Shown one piece after another: positions 51,703 to 64,000 of a stretch of 64,000 bases of DNA (position 1 is the first letter of the stretch; each line of letters opens with the position of its first letter). The position numbers were made by a program, and so were the translations under genes. The stretch covers positions 13,443,118-13,507,117 of the forward strand of contig NC_068995.1 in assembly GCF_001194135.2 (NCBI RefSeq), in the 5' to 3' direction. Source of the stretch: Octopus bimaculoides (lineage: Eukaryota). Below the pieces are notes generated by a model, which saw only the letters and a list, made by a program, of their open reading frames with translations, searched no databases and was not told where the DNA came from.

Positions 51703-52125
51703 AGCGAGCTGGCAGAAACGTTAGCAGGCCGGGCGAAATACTTAGCGGTATTTCGTCTGCCGTTACGTTCTAAGTTCAAATATCCGACTTTGCCTTTCAT
51801 CCTTTCGGGGTCGATAAATTAAGTACCAGTTACGCACTGAGGTCGATGTAATCGACTTAATCCGTTTGTCTGTCCTTGTTTATCCCCTCTATGTTTAGCC
51901 CCCTGTGGGCAATAAAGAAATAAGAAACGTTAGCATGTCGGGCGAAATGCTTAGCGGTATTTCGTATGTCTTTGCGTTCTGAGTTTAAATTCCGCCGAGG
52001 TTGACTTTGCCTTTCATACTTTTGGAGTCAATAAATTAAGTACCAGTTGCGTACTGAGGTAGATCTAATCGACTGGGCTCCTCCCCCCAAAATTTCGGGC
52101 CTTGTGCCTAGAGTAGAAGAGAATA
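51703..52125 (+). mobile_element. SINE family B head-to-tail dimer
   Basis: gcgagctggcagaaacgttagc head, ctttgcctttcatcctttcggggtcgat core twice, two different tails. Monomeric B copies at about 2830, 32750, 44386, 57845 and 59970. Confidence 0.8.
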
Positions 52126-52265
52126 CTATGCATATATGTATATAGAAGGTTGATTGTTATGGTTGGTCAGAGTAACCATTTGGTTTTGCACCTATAAAAC
52201 GCTTAGCTATATTAAATATATAGATATATCTATATAGCTAACCACAAGCATGTATGAACTTACAT

Positions 52266-52648
52266 ACTTTACTCTTTTACTTGTTTCAGTCCTTTGACTG
52301 CTACCATTCTGGAGCACCGCCTGTAGTCGAGCAAATCGACCCCGGGACTTATTCTTTGTAAGCCTAGTACTTATTCTATCGGTCTTTTTTGCCGAACTGC
52401 TAGGTGACGGGGACATAAACACACCAGCATCGTTTGTCAAGCAATGCTAGGGGGACAAACACAGACACACACACACATATATATATATACATATATACGA
52501 CGGGCTTCTTTCAGTTTCCGTCTACCAAATCCACTCACAAGGCTTTGGTCGGCCCGAGGCTGTAGTAGAAGACATTTGCCCAAGATGCCACGCAGTGGGA
52601 CTGAACCCAGAACTATGTGGTTGGTAAGCAAGCCACTTACCACAAGCA
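52266..52648 (-). mobile_element. Near-intact family A SINE
   Basis: Complete head, core, (TA/TG) linker and tail. Similar minus copies at 590-812, 42790-43122 and 49860-50150. Confidence 0.85.
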
Positions 52649-55600
52649 TTATATTTACTGAGTGTGTGTGTGTGTCGTTAATTATATAATTAAAACAATT
52701 ACAAGCATATAATTACAAACTCCCTCCTTATTCGTTCCGTCATCATTAACTTTGCTATTTTCAGTTAGGTTACGTGTTCGATGTCATAATATTGTTCATC
52801 TGACCTATAAAACGAAGAAGGATTGGTTCTTGCTTCTCCTTAAATTTTATTTCACTACTAAACTCATTAGTGGTGCACGTCTTAAAATCTGTAATTACTG
52901 AGTATGTCTGGAATACAAAAAAAGTAACCGGCCTGATTAAAGGGGAGGTAATTACGCAACGTTCGTTTTACGTTGCCAAGTCATTTTTTTTTTATTTATT
53001 TTTCACTTATATATTTAATATGTTTGTGCATGTGTGTATGTTTCATTTATCCATCTGTAAATAGAGTGTAACAGGTTCGTACGTACTAAGTAAATAGAAG
53101 AGAAATTCGAGATAAGGTAAGTCGTTATCCCACCCTGAACTATGTTGATATTGTCTGGTATATTAATTATCGAAGCATTATTATTTGTTATGTAGATTTC
53201 AAATGAATCTTATCAATCATCGCTGCAACCCTTGAACGAATTACTTTTTTTTAATATCATGTTTGTATGTATGAGTATGCGTGTGTGCTACTTGCGTATT
53301 TTGTTAAAATAAGTTCATTAATTAATTAACCTTGCTAGTTTGATATCAGTTAATTTGTTAGTTAATCTACTTGTAGATGATATCTAATCTTTTTCTATAT
53401 ATGCTTTTTAATGGATTAGATTTAAATTATCCATTGAGGGCAAGTTCAAATAAGTAATTTGTTTTGTTGTAAGTGTGGCTTTTAAGATATGTCTTTATTT
53501 ACTCGATGTCTAAAGAGCTTAAAAGAAATTATTCACCTGTAGAATAAACACCGTTGTTTATATGAGTTGAGAGATAAGGATACTTAAATTTACTTCAAAT
53601 TTGTTTTTATCAGGATTTATTGTACTTACGTCGAGATAATAGTGTTTTGTTTGCTTTTATCTATACTGTTTTAACACCGATAGACAACTTTAATATTTAT
53701 CATCTAGCAGTTTACCATTAATCTCACATTATCACTTAAATATCTTTTATTTTTTAATTGATTTTCTCCACTTCAGTCTTTGTTATAATTTAACATTTTG
53801 TCATTAATTTATTATTAATTTAATTTTTGCCGCTTTTAACGCGCATACAAAGCATTTCATCAAACTCCTTTCGATATCTATCTATCTATCTATCTATCTA
53901 TCTACCTCTATATATAATAACAATAAATGGAGCAAAACTCATAAATAAAAGTTCCTTTAAAAGGAACTTTTATTTATATGCCTTTTGCTCCATTTATTGT
54001 TATTATTCATATCTACTCAAAATGCATCGCTTTAACTTGGTATCTCTACCTATAAAACGGGTGTGATATCCTGTTTTTTTGTGTGATTATTGCTACCCAA
54101 GGTTTTTTAAACTGAGATAATATTAATATATACATAAACTAATATATATATATAGATATAACGTTCGTCAAGCGTTGAAGACGGCAATTTTTCTCTTGTT
54201 AACACAAATTAGGGTATTTGTGGCAAACGGTTCTCATGATTACTTATTCAGCTACCTTTGTTTAAATTTACTTCTGTGTTTTTTTTTTATTTCCCCAACC
54301 TGTACAGTTTTGAGACTATTCGTCTGATTAAAGTCTGTACTAACACAAANNNNNNNNNNNNNNNNNNNNNNNNNNNNNNNNNNNNNNNNNNNNNNNNNNN
54401 NNNNNNNNNNNNNNNNNNNNNNNNNNNNNNNNNNNNNNNNNNNNNNNNNNNNNNNNNNNNNNNNNNNNNNNNNNNNNNNNNNNNNNNNNNNNNNNNNNNN
54501 NNNNNNNNNNNNNNNNNNNNNNNNNNNNNNNNNNNNNNNNNNNNNNNNNNNNNNNNNNNNNNNNNNNNNNNNNNNNNNNNNNNNNNNNNNNNNNNNNNNN
54601 NNNNNNNNNNNNNNNNNNNNNNNNNNNNNNNNNNNNNNNNNNNNNNNNNNNNNNNNNNNNNNNNNNNNNNNNNNNNNNNNNNNNNNNNNNNNNNNNNNNN
54701 NNNNNNNNNNNNNNNNNNNNNNNNNNNNNNNNNNNNNNNNNNNNNNNNNNNNNNNNNNNNNNNNNNNNNNNNNNNNNNNNNNNNNNNNNNNNNNNNNNNN
54801 NNNNNNNNNNNNNNNNNNNNNNNNNNNNNNNNNNNTATATATATATATATATATATATATATGTAACTATCTTTAGCTTATTGTATGGAATAAGGCGTGA
54901 CGCGGCAGCGATCTCCATTTAAAAAAAAATATTAGTGCACGTGAAAAACACGTTGTTTGTTTTTCTCCTTTTTAGGATGATATATTTATTAACCTATGAG
55001 AAAGAAACATTAGCATGTCGTGAAGAAGTTAGAATCCCTACGATTTTACTGTAAAGTGTAGCCATGTTCGGTAGAGGTGGGGCCTGCCCTTTATCTGCCC
55101 TGCCCTGCCCTGCGTTAGGATTCGTGAATTAGCCTCGATTTACAAACTTATTAATTACGTAAGCCAACAGGACGAGCCCCATGCGAAATCTCGCGACCTG
55201 TGATATATAACACCCGAACCTCCTTCAAGCAACACCATATAGTTTTTTTTTTATTTAAATAAACATTCTATTACACGACCCGGAGTCACAGTCTGGCATA
55301 TACACAAGACGTGATGGTGATAGCGAGCATGCTTTGGTCATATATCTTTTTGATCACAATCGGCCTGGGGCTAAACAAGTTATTCATATTTGCTAACTTC
55401 ATTTACTAGGGTTTTTTTTTAACCTTTTTGTTAAGGCAAGCCATCACTAAACTTTTCGGAATCGGGTTCTTCATATGACCGGCCATAACTAACAACTACA
55501 TTAAATTTTACTGCTTAAAAAAAATTTTTTAGTGTTTTTTTTTCCGGACAGATGATCAACACACACATATACATATCTATACATACACACCTTGCTAGTG

Positions 55601-58600
55601 TTACACCCCCTGCCACTGTCAATATTTAACTTGCAAATACGTTACGGTAATTTCACATTTAATGACTGTATAATAATAGGTTATATATATATATATATAA
55701 AACAACTACACAATAACCTATTATCAACTAACAAAAAAAAAAACGAAAACCTTGAGTGCCGAACTAAAATCAGTTCTGTAGCTCTTAATCAATATATATG
55801 TGTTAAAAAAACAAGCACTGCTTGTCCCTACAACCTTAGGGGTTGTGGATCCAAGATCGGCATTCTGAGACATCATACCCATTTCTTTTATAGTAAGTTC
55901 GCTTATGAAGGGTTGAGTTCGTAGCTCTCTAGTAAGCGGTCCTACCAGATTATGAGGTCGAAGTGGCTGATTGATATTGGAATTAGGTTTCTGGATATCG
56001 ATGATTGTAAAGATATTGTGTACAAGGAGCGGATTCCCGAATGTTGTTTTCTAAAGCGATAAAGTACTGGGAAGTTAGTGCAAGTTATATAGAGCGAGAT
56101 ACAGCAGATAATAGCAGAAATGAAGCGGGTATAGTTGGACGTGGGCGGTTCGTTCACGGTTTGTTAGGTCGGAGACACAGATATCATTGTTATTGCTTTT
56201 TGATCCCAGATCGGACCTGTCTGAGCTGACATGTCACCACAGGCATTCTCCTGCATTGTCTATCTATGTCTCTTCCCTTTTCAAAGATCGGGTATAAATA
56301 GAAGGAAATTTGATTGGTTTTTTTTTTCTGGTCTACATGGAGCTAGTACGGAAATATAGTTCATCGGTGGGTTAGTGGTTAATGCATGAAAACTCTACTG
56401 TCGTTGTCACCATTACGTCTGTTCCCTCGATATAACTCGGCATTCAAATATCACTGGGGTCGACTTAGGCGATAATGTACACAACTTTTCCTATTCAAAT
56501 TAAGCTTTGCACTTTGTGAGAAAAAGATACTATACCTATGTCAGATAAAGGTCACTTATGTTTGACAACTTCTCTTACACAATTTTTGTTTCCACTTTAA
56601 TTCTATCTCTCGCATTCTGATTTTAAAATGATCTCAAAATACATGACTGGAGTAAAAGGAACAAATGTTAGTAAGATGAGGGAAGAAATGAAGGGAAAAT
56701 AAATAAATAAAAGGGCGAAAAAATGTATTTAGTGAATGTCTGATTCTGCTTTCCTTTGACCCGCATTCTGTCAGAAAGTCAGTATCATTTAAAGGAATAA
56801 TTTATCTATAAACTATATGTAACTTTCATTCAACGCACAACGTTATTCAAGATCTGTAGTATAGCACACAGTCAAAATGTGTGTTGTCGGCAAAAACCAA
56901 GAACAACTTAAAATTTTTCAGGATATCGTCTAACAATATAACTCATTGTCAAACCGAAGTCCACGCCCACTATCTTACATAGTTTCAGTTTGTTGTCTTT
57001 GACAACAGCCAAGACCGAACTATGTAGGTGGAATGGAGAGGAACTCGCGTATTTTAACCTAAATCGCTGAGGCTAATAAAAATTAACTTAACTATTATTT
57101 TTCATGCAGATGGCATATTTAATATATAATAGGCGACGGCCTGGCTATATGATTAGAAGCTTGTTTCCCAACCACGTGATCTTGAGTTTAGTCACACTTC
57201 ATGGCACTTTGGGCAAGTGTCTTCTACTATACCCCAGGCCGACAAAGCCTGTAACTAGAAGCAGTCCATTGTATATATGTATACGTGTGTGCATGTGATT
57301 TTCCTACTCCAGCATTCGACAATCGATTTTAGTTTGTTTACATCCTCTTGGGTAGGTGTTTTCTATTATAGTACTGGGTCAACCAAAACCGTGTGAGTGG
57401 ATTTGGTATGCAGTAACTGAAAGAAGCCTGCTCTGTGTGTGTGTCTGTTTACACTTGTCTAGATGTCGTATGCTGTTTGTATATGAGCATCACCATCATC
57501 ATATAAACAAGATTGTTCGTTTCCAGTCTTCTGTGAGGAACATGCCTAGCTATGAGAAAATATTTTGCTTGGAAATGGGTGAGGATTGATTTCAAGAAGA
57601 GCATCCAGCCATAGAAAATTCTGCCTCAGCAAATTCTGTCTGACCTGTGCAAGCATAGAAAAGTGGATTAAATGATGATAATGATGATGACTCTAATTTA
57701 GCATAATGTAATTTTTGTAGGAGGAGAAAATTTAGTTCATCAGCTGATGGATTTAATTTCAGCATAAATCTTTTATTGACTGTGGCAAGATTTGAGATGA
57801 GGCACAGAAACTAATATCTATATGTCAATACATCGCCATCATAAGGTGGCAAGATGGTTGAATTGTTACCACACTGGACAAAATGCTTAGGGGCATTTTG
57901 TCCATCTTTACCATTCTGAGTTCAGATTCCACTGGGGTCAGCTTTACCTTTCATCCTTTTGGAGGTCAATAAAATAAGTACCAGTTGTGCACTGGGGTTG
58001 ATGTAATTGACTAACCTACATCTCCTGAACTTGCAGTCCTTACACCAAGATTCGAAACCAATATATTGTAAATGTATGCATAACCTGTATGAGTAGTTGA
58101 CTGGTAAAGTTGTTAGAGTATTGGATAGAATGCTTTGCTGTATCTGTCCTAACTTAGTGTGCATTTAGTTCAAATCTGACTGAAGTCAACTTCACCTTTT
58201 ATGCTTTCAGTGTCAATAAAAATGTAGTAATCGAGAGTGGTGGGTTGGCAGAACTTTTAGAGCATTGGATGAGATGCCTTGTGTTGTCTGTTCTGGTTCT
58301 TTGTGACCTAACATTGGTATCAACCTGCACCAGCCCTAAAACAGTGGCTTTTCCCTTACAATATTGTTGGTGTTTTGAGGAGCAACTCCTATGCATGGGC
58401 AGCTGCCAGTCTAACTCAAAAAAATCTTGTCCTGGTCTGTGTATTCAGATGTAAATATATGGTATATGGCTAACCCAGACCAATGAAAGTCTTTCCAACA
58501 CCATGTATACCACATTACATGATGAGCTTATATATGAATGTGTGTCAGTAAATATGGGTGAACAACAGTGTTAGAAAATATAAATGGCTTGCAAAGATGC

Positions 58601-58687
58601 TGCATTAGCAGAATAAAAGTCAAACTGTGCAATAAAAGAAGCTCTGTAGTATAAGCTTTTTCAATATAACATACTTAACACGTGAAA

Positions 58688-59029
58688 GCACATGGGTCAG
58701 TGGTTAGAGCATTGCGCTCACAATCATAAGGTCGTGAGTTTGATTCCCAGACCGGACTATGTGTTGTGTTCTTGAGCAAGACACTTTATTTCATGTTACT
58801 CCAGTTCACTCGACTGTAGAAATGAGTTGCATGTCACTGATGCCAAGCTGTATCGGCCTTTGCCTTTCCCTTGGATAACATCGGTGGTATGGAAAGTGGA
58901 GTCTGGTATGCATGGGCAACTGCTGGTCTTCTATAAACAACCTTGTCCGGATTTATATTTTAGAGGGTAATTTTCTAGGTGCAATCCCATGGTCATTCAT
59001 GACTGAAGGGAATTTTTACCCTTTACCCT
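58688..59029 (+). mobile_element. Full-length family C SINE
   Basis: tRNA-like head (gcacatgggtcagtggttagagc..gagtttgattccc) plus the core and tail shared with 13361-13635. Confidence 0.8.
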
Positions 59030-60657
59030 AACATATGTGTCATTGAAATGTCAGTAGCTGTTCTTTTCATCTGGGGAAAAATCCATTTATAGATGTATTG
59101 TGTTAAAAGAAACATGAGACACTTCAGAGCAGGCAAAATTAAATCACCCCAGAAGTGACTACGAGTGCAACAGATATATATTTTGCTGTTGTTTCAGCTT
59201 GTCAATGTCAGAGACTCTTGTCATTTTTGAAAGGATATCAAATCAGCTAGTCTAAAGTATATACTATACGCTGATTTGCAAAGGCACCCTGTAAGCAGAA
59301 TAAGATTCAAATTATGCAATAGAAGCAGCTCTCTAGTGAAAGCTTTAAATAATATAACATACTTGATGTATGTGTGTGCATTTGAACAGCTAGAAGCTAT
59401 ATCCCTGTATTGACATATTGTGTTAAAACGCTATATACTTGAGAGCTAGCAAAAGGAAGTGACTGTGAGAGTGACAAATATTTTGTGTGTTATATAGACT
59501 TAAAGCATGCCTGAGATGTTTTTAGGGAGGAGAAGGAAATAGCTAGCAAGTTGTGATATAGCTGCTTCTACCAAAGTCTTTAGTGATGTTAAGCGAGACG
59601 GTTTCAGACGTAAAATTAAAAATCAAAAAGAGGTTAGAGTATTGATTGGTAAAAGGCAGGTAAAGCGTTGACTTCTAAGGAAAGTGTAACATCTGTAGGT
59701 AATGATTAAATTGTAGCACATAGTTACAATGAAGTACAGGTGAATAATAGTAATAATAATGATCTCTTACATAGGTACAAGATTTCGAATTTGAGGGGAG
59801 TGAATGAGCTGATTATACTATATTCAGCAGCTGGTTAGTATTTTATTTTATCAACCCTGAAAGGATGAAAGGTAAAGTTGATCTTAGTTGGGATTTAAGC
59901 TCAGACGATATAGGGCTAGAATAAACACTTCAATTCACCAACCCGAAAACTTTCTAATATAAGCACAAGTAAGGTAGAATTGTTAGCATGCTGGGTGGAA
60001 TGCTTAGGGACATTCCGTCTGTCTTTACATTCTGAGTTCAAATTCCACTGACGTCAACTTTGCTTTTCATCCTTTTGGGATCAAAATATGTAGAGTTGAA
60101 CTCTGGGGTCAATGTAATCAACTTAACCTCTCCCCTGAAATTGCTGCCCCTATGCCAAAATTTGAAACCAGTATAAGCATAGGGCCTAAAATTTTGTGAG
60201 GAGAGGGAGTAGTACTTGATTAGTAATTTACTTTATTGAACTCATTAGAAGAATGAAAGTCGAAGTTCACCTCAATGGGATTTGAACTCGGAACATAAGG
60301 AACTGAACAAATGTCACAAGGAATACTCCAATGACTTTATCAACCTGTCACCAACACACGGTCACACATGTTGTAAATGGGTGTAATTAATTTAGTTGAC
60401 ACTCCAGTACTTGACTAACATTTATTCATCAACCCCTGAACAACTGAAGGCAAAATCGACTTTGGCAGAATGTGAACACAGAATGCAAAGGACATAACTA
60501 AATACCAACACTACATTTTGTCTATCAGTCTATCAATCAATCAGTGCTGTCATCCACTACCTTTCAATAATAATAATAATAATAATCTATGCTATCTTAA
60601 TTACTCAGTGTACCTCACTGTAACTAGACATCTAGCTAAATACATTTTACTGATGTA

Positions 60658-61257
60658 CAAGGTGTATTCCAGAAATTTTGAGACTTTTTAGGAGAGGCAG
60701 TTATAACTATCCAAGATTATTGTGATTTTAGTACATCATTACTATACATCTAATAAGCTGACCTGCCAACTTTTGTTATTCCAGATTGAAGGAGACGACT
60801 ATAACAACACTTTTAACACACCTTATTAAACACTATTTGTCACAGCAGATTAGTTAGCAGAATGCAGTTAGATTTTGAAGGAGTTCAGTAGATTTTGTTG
60901 CAAAAGCCAGAACACCCACACCAGGACAGTGCACCAGTCCACAGTTCCATCCTGGTAACTAACTACTTGATAGAGGTAAGCCTCAAAAGTTTTCCTCACA
61001 CTCCCTACAGTCCAGACCTTGCTCTCTGTGACTTTTGTCTGTTCTCCAAGCTGAAAGAGATGAAGGAAGCTGTAACAAGGGTCCTGAACACCTTCACTTT
61101 GGAGGATTCCATGAGGCCTTCATGAGAAGTGGCTGAAACATTATAACAAGTGCATCGAAGTCAGAGAATCCTACTTTGAAGGAGATTAGAGTTTTGTATT
61201 TCTTTGAAATTACTAGATGTCTCTCCTGAAAAGGTCAAACTTCTGGAATACACCTTG
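60658..61257 (+). mobile_element. Internally deleted mariner element
   Basis: TIRs CAAGGTGTATTCCAGAA(A/G)TTT at both ends, TA at left. Internal HQDSAPVH...PYSPDLALCDFCLFSKLK matches mariner HDNA..H and YSPDLAP.D motifs. Confidence 0.9.
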
Positions 61258-61831
61258 GAAGTAACAGGATCTTGGTAGAAGACAAATATTTTTATATATT
61301 GACTAATATGTTATTTCTTTAAAATAGTAAGGTGTGATCTGAGGAGATTTGGTTGCTATTTCTTGCAGGTTTAGTGACCACATACAGGCTTCCATTTGTT
61401 GTATTTTTCTGTCTAGGTCAGCTCTAATTAAGTCAACAGATGATTAAAATCAATCCTGCTATGACCATCCCATTTTATTTTCAGCTGCAGTTTATCCAAG
61501 ATTATATTATAGGGTTCTTCTCTTTTTCGTTAAAGATATGATGGAAATTTGGCTGTTATTTCTAGCATGTCAAGCAATTCGATAGTCTCCTTTAGTGACT
61601 ATAAGGAACAATTAGCAAAATATCAGGGAATGCTAACTGAAAGAGACTAGTATCCCATCAAGGAAGAGATTTGTCTTTTGAGTACTTAATGCTACAAAAC
61701 TAGTTCAAAGGGAAAACTCTTATGTGCTCCTTTGGGCTCTCAGGAGCTATTTATAATTAAAGGGGAAAAAAACAACTTAATTCGTAGTTTTAAAGTATAG
61801 TCAGTCATTCAAGGATGTAAAATCAATTAAA

Positions 61832-63212
61832 CTTAACGCCCTGTCGCAATGAGGATGGCAAACCGAATGTGTTCAACGCCGCCCCACCCATTTTGAGCAG
61901 GACATCCTCGATTTCAACCAGCACATTATTGTAGATCAGGTCATTGTATCCAATGTCAGCATTAGGGCACTGTTGCTTTGCCGGTCATCATTTGCCTTGA
62001 CCACCGAGAAAGAAAAATTACGTACAGAGAATTTCATAAACAGAAATGAATGGAAAAAAGGTTCGTAAATTTTTAGATTATCNNNNNNNNNNNNNNNNNN
62101 NNNNNNNNNNNNNNNNNNNNNNNNNNNNNNNNNNNNNNNNNNNNNNNNNNNNNNNNNNNNNNNNNNNNNNNNNNNNNNNNNNNNNNNNNNNNNNNNNNNN
62201 NNNNNNNNNNNNNNNNNNNNNNNNNNNNNNNNNNNNNNNNNNNNNNNNNNNNNNNNNNNNNNNNNNNNNNNNNNNNNNNNNNNNNNNNNNNNNNNNNNNN
62301 NNNNNNNNNNNNNNNNNNNNNNNNNNNNNNNNNNNNNNNNNNNNNNNNNNNNNNNNNNNNNNNNNNNNNNNNNNNNNNNNNNNNNNNNNNNNNNNNNNNN
62401 NNNNNNNNNNNNNNNNNNNNNNNNNNNNNNNNNNNNNNNNNNNNNNNNNNNNNNNNNNNNNNNNNNNNNNNNNNNNNNNNNNNNNNNNNNNNNNNNNNNN
62501 NNNNNNNNNNNNNNNNNNNNNNNNNNNNNNNNNNNNNNNNNNNNNNNNNNNNNNNNNNNNNNNNNNNNNNNNNNNNNNNNNNNNNNNNNNNNNNNNNNNN
62601 NNNNNNNNNNNNNNNNNNNNNNNNNNNNNNNNNNNNNNNNNNNNNNNNNNNNNNNNNNNNNNNNNNNNNNNNNNNNNNNNNNNNNNNNNNNNNNNNNNNN
62701 NNNNNNNNNNNNNNNNNNNNNNNNNNNNNNNNNNNNNNNNNNNNNNNNNNNNNNNNNNNNNNNNNNNNNNNNNNNNNNNNNNNNNNNNNNNNNNNNNNNN
62801 NNNNNNNNNNNNNNNNNNNNNNNNNNNNNNNNNNNNNNNNNNNNNNNNNNNNNNNNNNNNNNNNNNNNNNNNNNNNNNNNNNNNNNNNNNNNNNNNNNNN
62901 NNNNNNNNNNNNNNNNNNNNNNNNNNNNNNNNNNNNNNNNNNNNNNNNNNNNNNNNNNNNNNNNNNNNNNNNNNNNNNNNNNNNNNNNNNNNNNNNNNNN
63001 NNAGTAAATTTCAAAATTGGTAAAATTGTTGAAAAAGTTGAAAATCGATTTTTAGCGCTATCCGCGGGTGCCTCAGGAAAAATACGTTCACGAAAATACA
63101 GCTAGGGTCGTGATGAATGTCCTAAAATTGGAGCGACGTGCGTGCTAATTTGTGGACGTGCATAAATTACATTCACACACACACACACCTGCCTTTTATA
63201 GATATATATAGA
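61832..63212 (-). mobile_element. Helitron remnant spanning an assembly gap
   Basis: Minus-strand A|TCTATATATATCTATAAAA 5' end at 63212. Peptide NDLIYNNVLVEIEDVLLKMGGAALNTFGLP (61832-61981) resembles the RepHel linker. No CTAG 3' end found. Confidence 0.6.
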
Positions 63213-63544
63213 TATTGTGCATGTATTTTTAGCTTTTATTGCTGTCTTTCTTTTCTTGACTTATTACTGCTTTCTCTACCTTCTCTTATTCTTTTCTGAC
63301 ATGTTATGGTGCACCTGAGCATTGTAAACAATAAGCTTATTATTATTATTATTATTATTGAGTGAGAGAGCAGTGCATGCCATCAAAGTGACACTGGGGT
63401 AAAATATACGAAGCCCAGTATACCCATCATGACTACCCGTCTGATACGGTACACCAGGCACAACCATATGTGCGCGACATGGTGATCTCATATCAAGATA
63501 AACGGCGCTATTAATATTATTATTAATTATTATTATTATTATTA

Positions 63545-64000
63545 CTATTATCATTATCATTATTATTATTCATGTAATGTTCATTGTCCATGCTGGAATG
63601 GGCTGCCCTTCCTAATGCCAACCATTCTGAGAATGTAATGGGTGCTTTTACGTGCTACCAGCACAGGTGCCAGTTACATGATACCAGCATTAGCCATGAC
63701 TACAATTTTACTTGCCTTGACGGGTCTTCTCAAGTACAGCATATCACCGATGGTCTCAGTCACTCGTCATTACCTCCATGGTGCCCAAAGTTTGAAGATC
63801 CATACTTCACCACCTCATCCCATGTCTTCTTGGGTCTACCTCTACTATAGTTTCCCTCCACAGTTATAGATTGGCACTTCTTTACACAGCTATCCTCATC
63901 CATACAAATCACATGACCATACCAGTGCAGTCATCTCTCTTGCACACCACATCTGATGCCTCTTGTACCCAACTTTTCTCTCAAAATGCTTATTCTCTGT
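63545..64000 (-). mobile_element. 5'-truncated RTE LINE running off the window end
   Basis: Homologous to 3962-4640 and 1733-2345. Confidence 0.75.

Overview
AT-rich, repeat-dense animal genomic DNA. The SINE/RTE families and microsatellite style point to an octopus (coleoid cephalopod); this is inference, not proven. Three spliced protein-coding genes lie in the first 31 kb. (1) The last three coding exons of STIMATE/TMEM110 (+, 3378-14765; 5' exons lie upstream of the window). (2) A complete two-exon KPTN (kaptin, KICSTOR subunit; -, 22015-18040, about 518 aa). (3) A complete six-exon RPL12/uL11 (+, 22202-30835, 165 aa). KPTN and RPL12 are head-to-head, with only about 60 bp between the KPTN ATG and the RPL12 TCT/TOP tract. 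From 31 to 64 kb there are mostly tRNA-derived SINEs, RTE-LINE fragments, hAT/piggyBac/Tc1-mariner MITEs, a Helitron remnant and assembly gaps, plus a possible unannotated minus-strand first exon near 56 kb. The best lead is a 48-nt structured element in the RPL12 5'UTR that appears to match the human RPL12 leader with compensatory changes, a candidate ancient cis-regulatory RNA. All alignments and folds were done by eye, and comparisons to human sequences are from memory and need verification.
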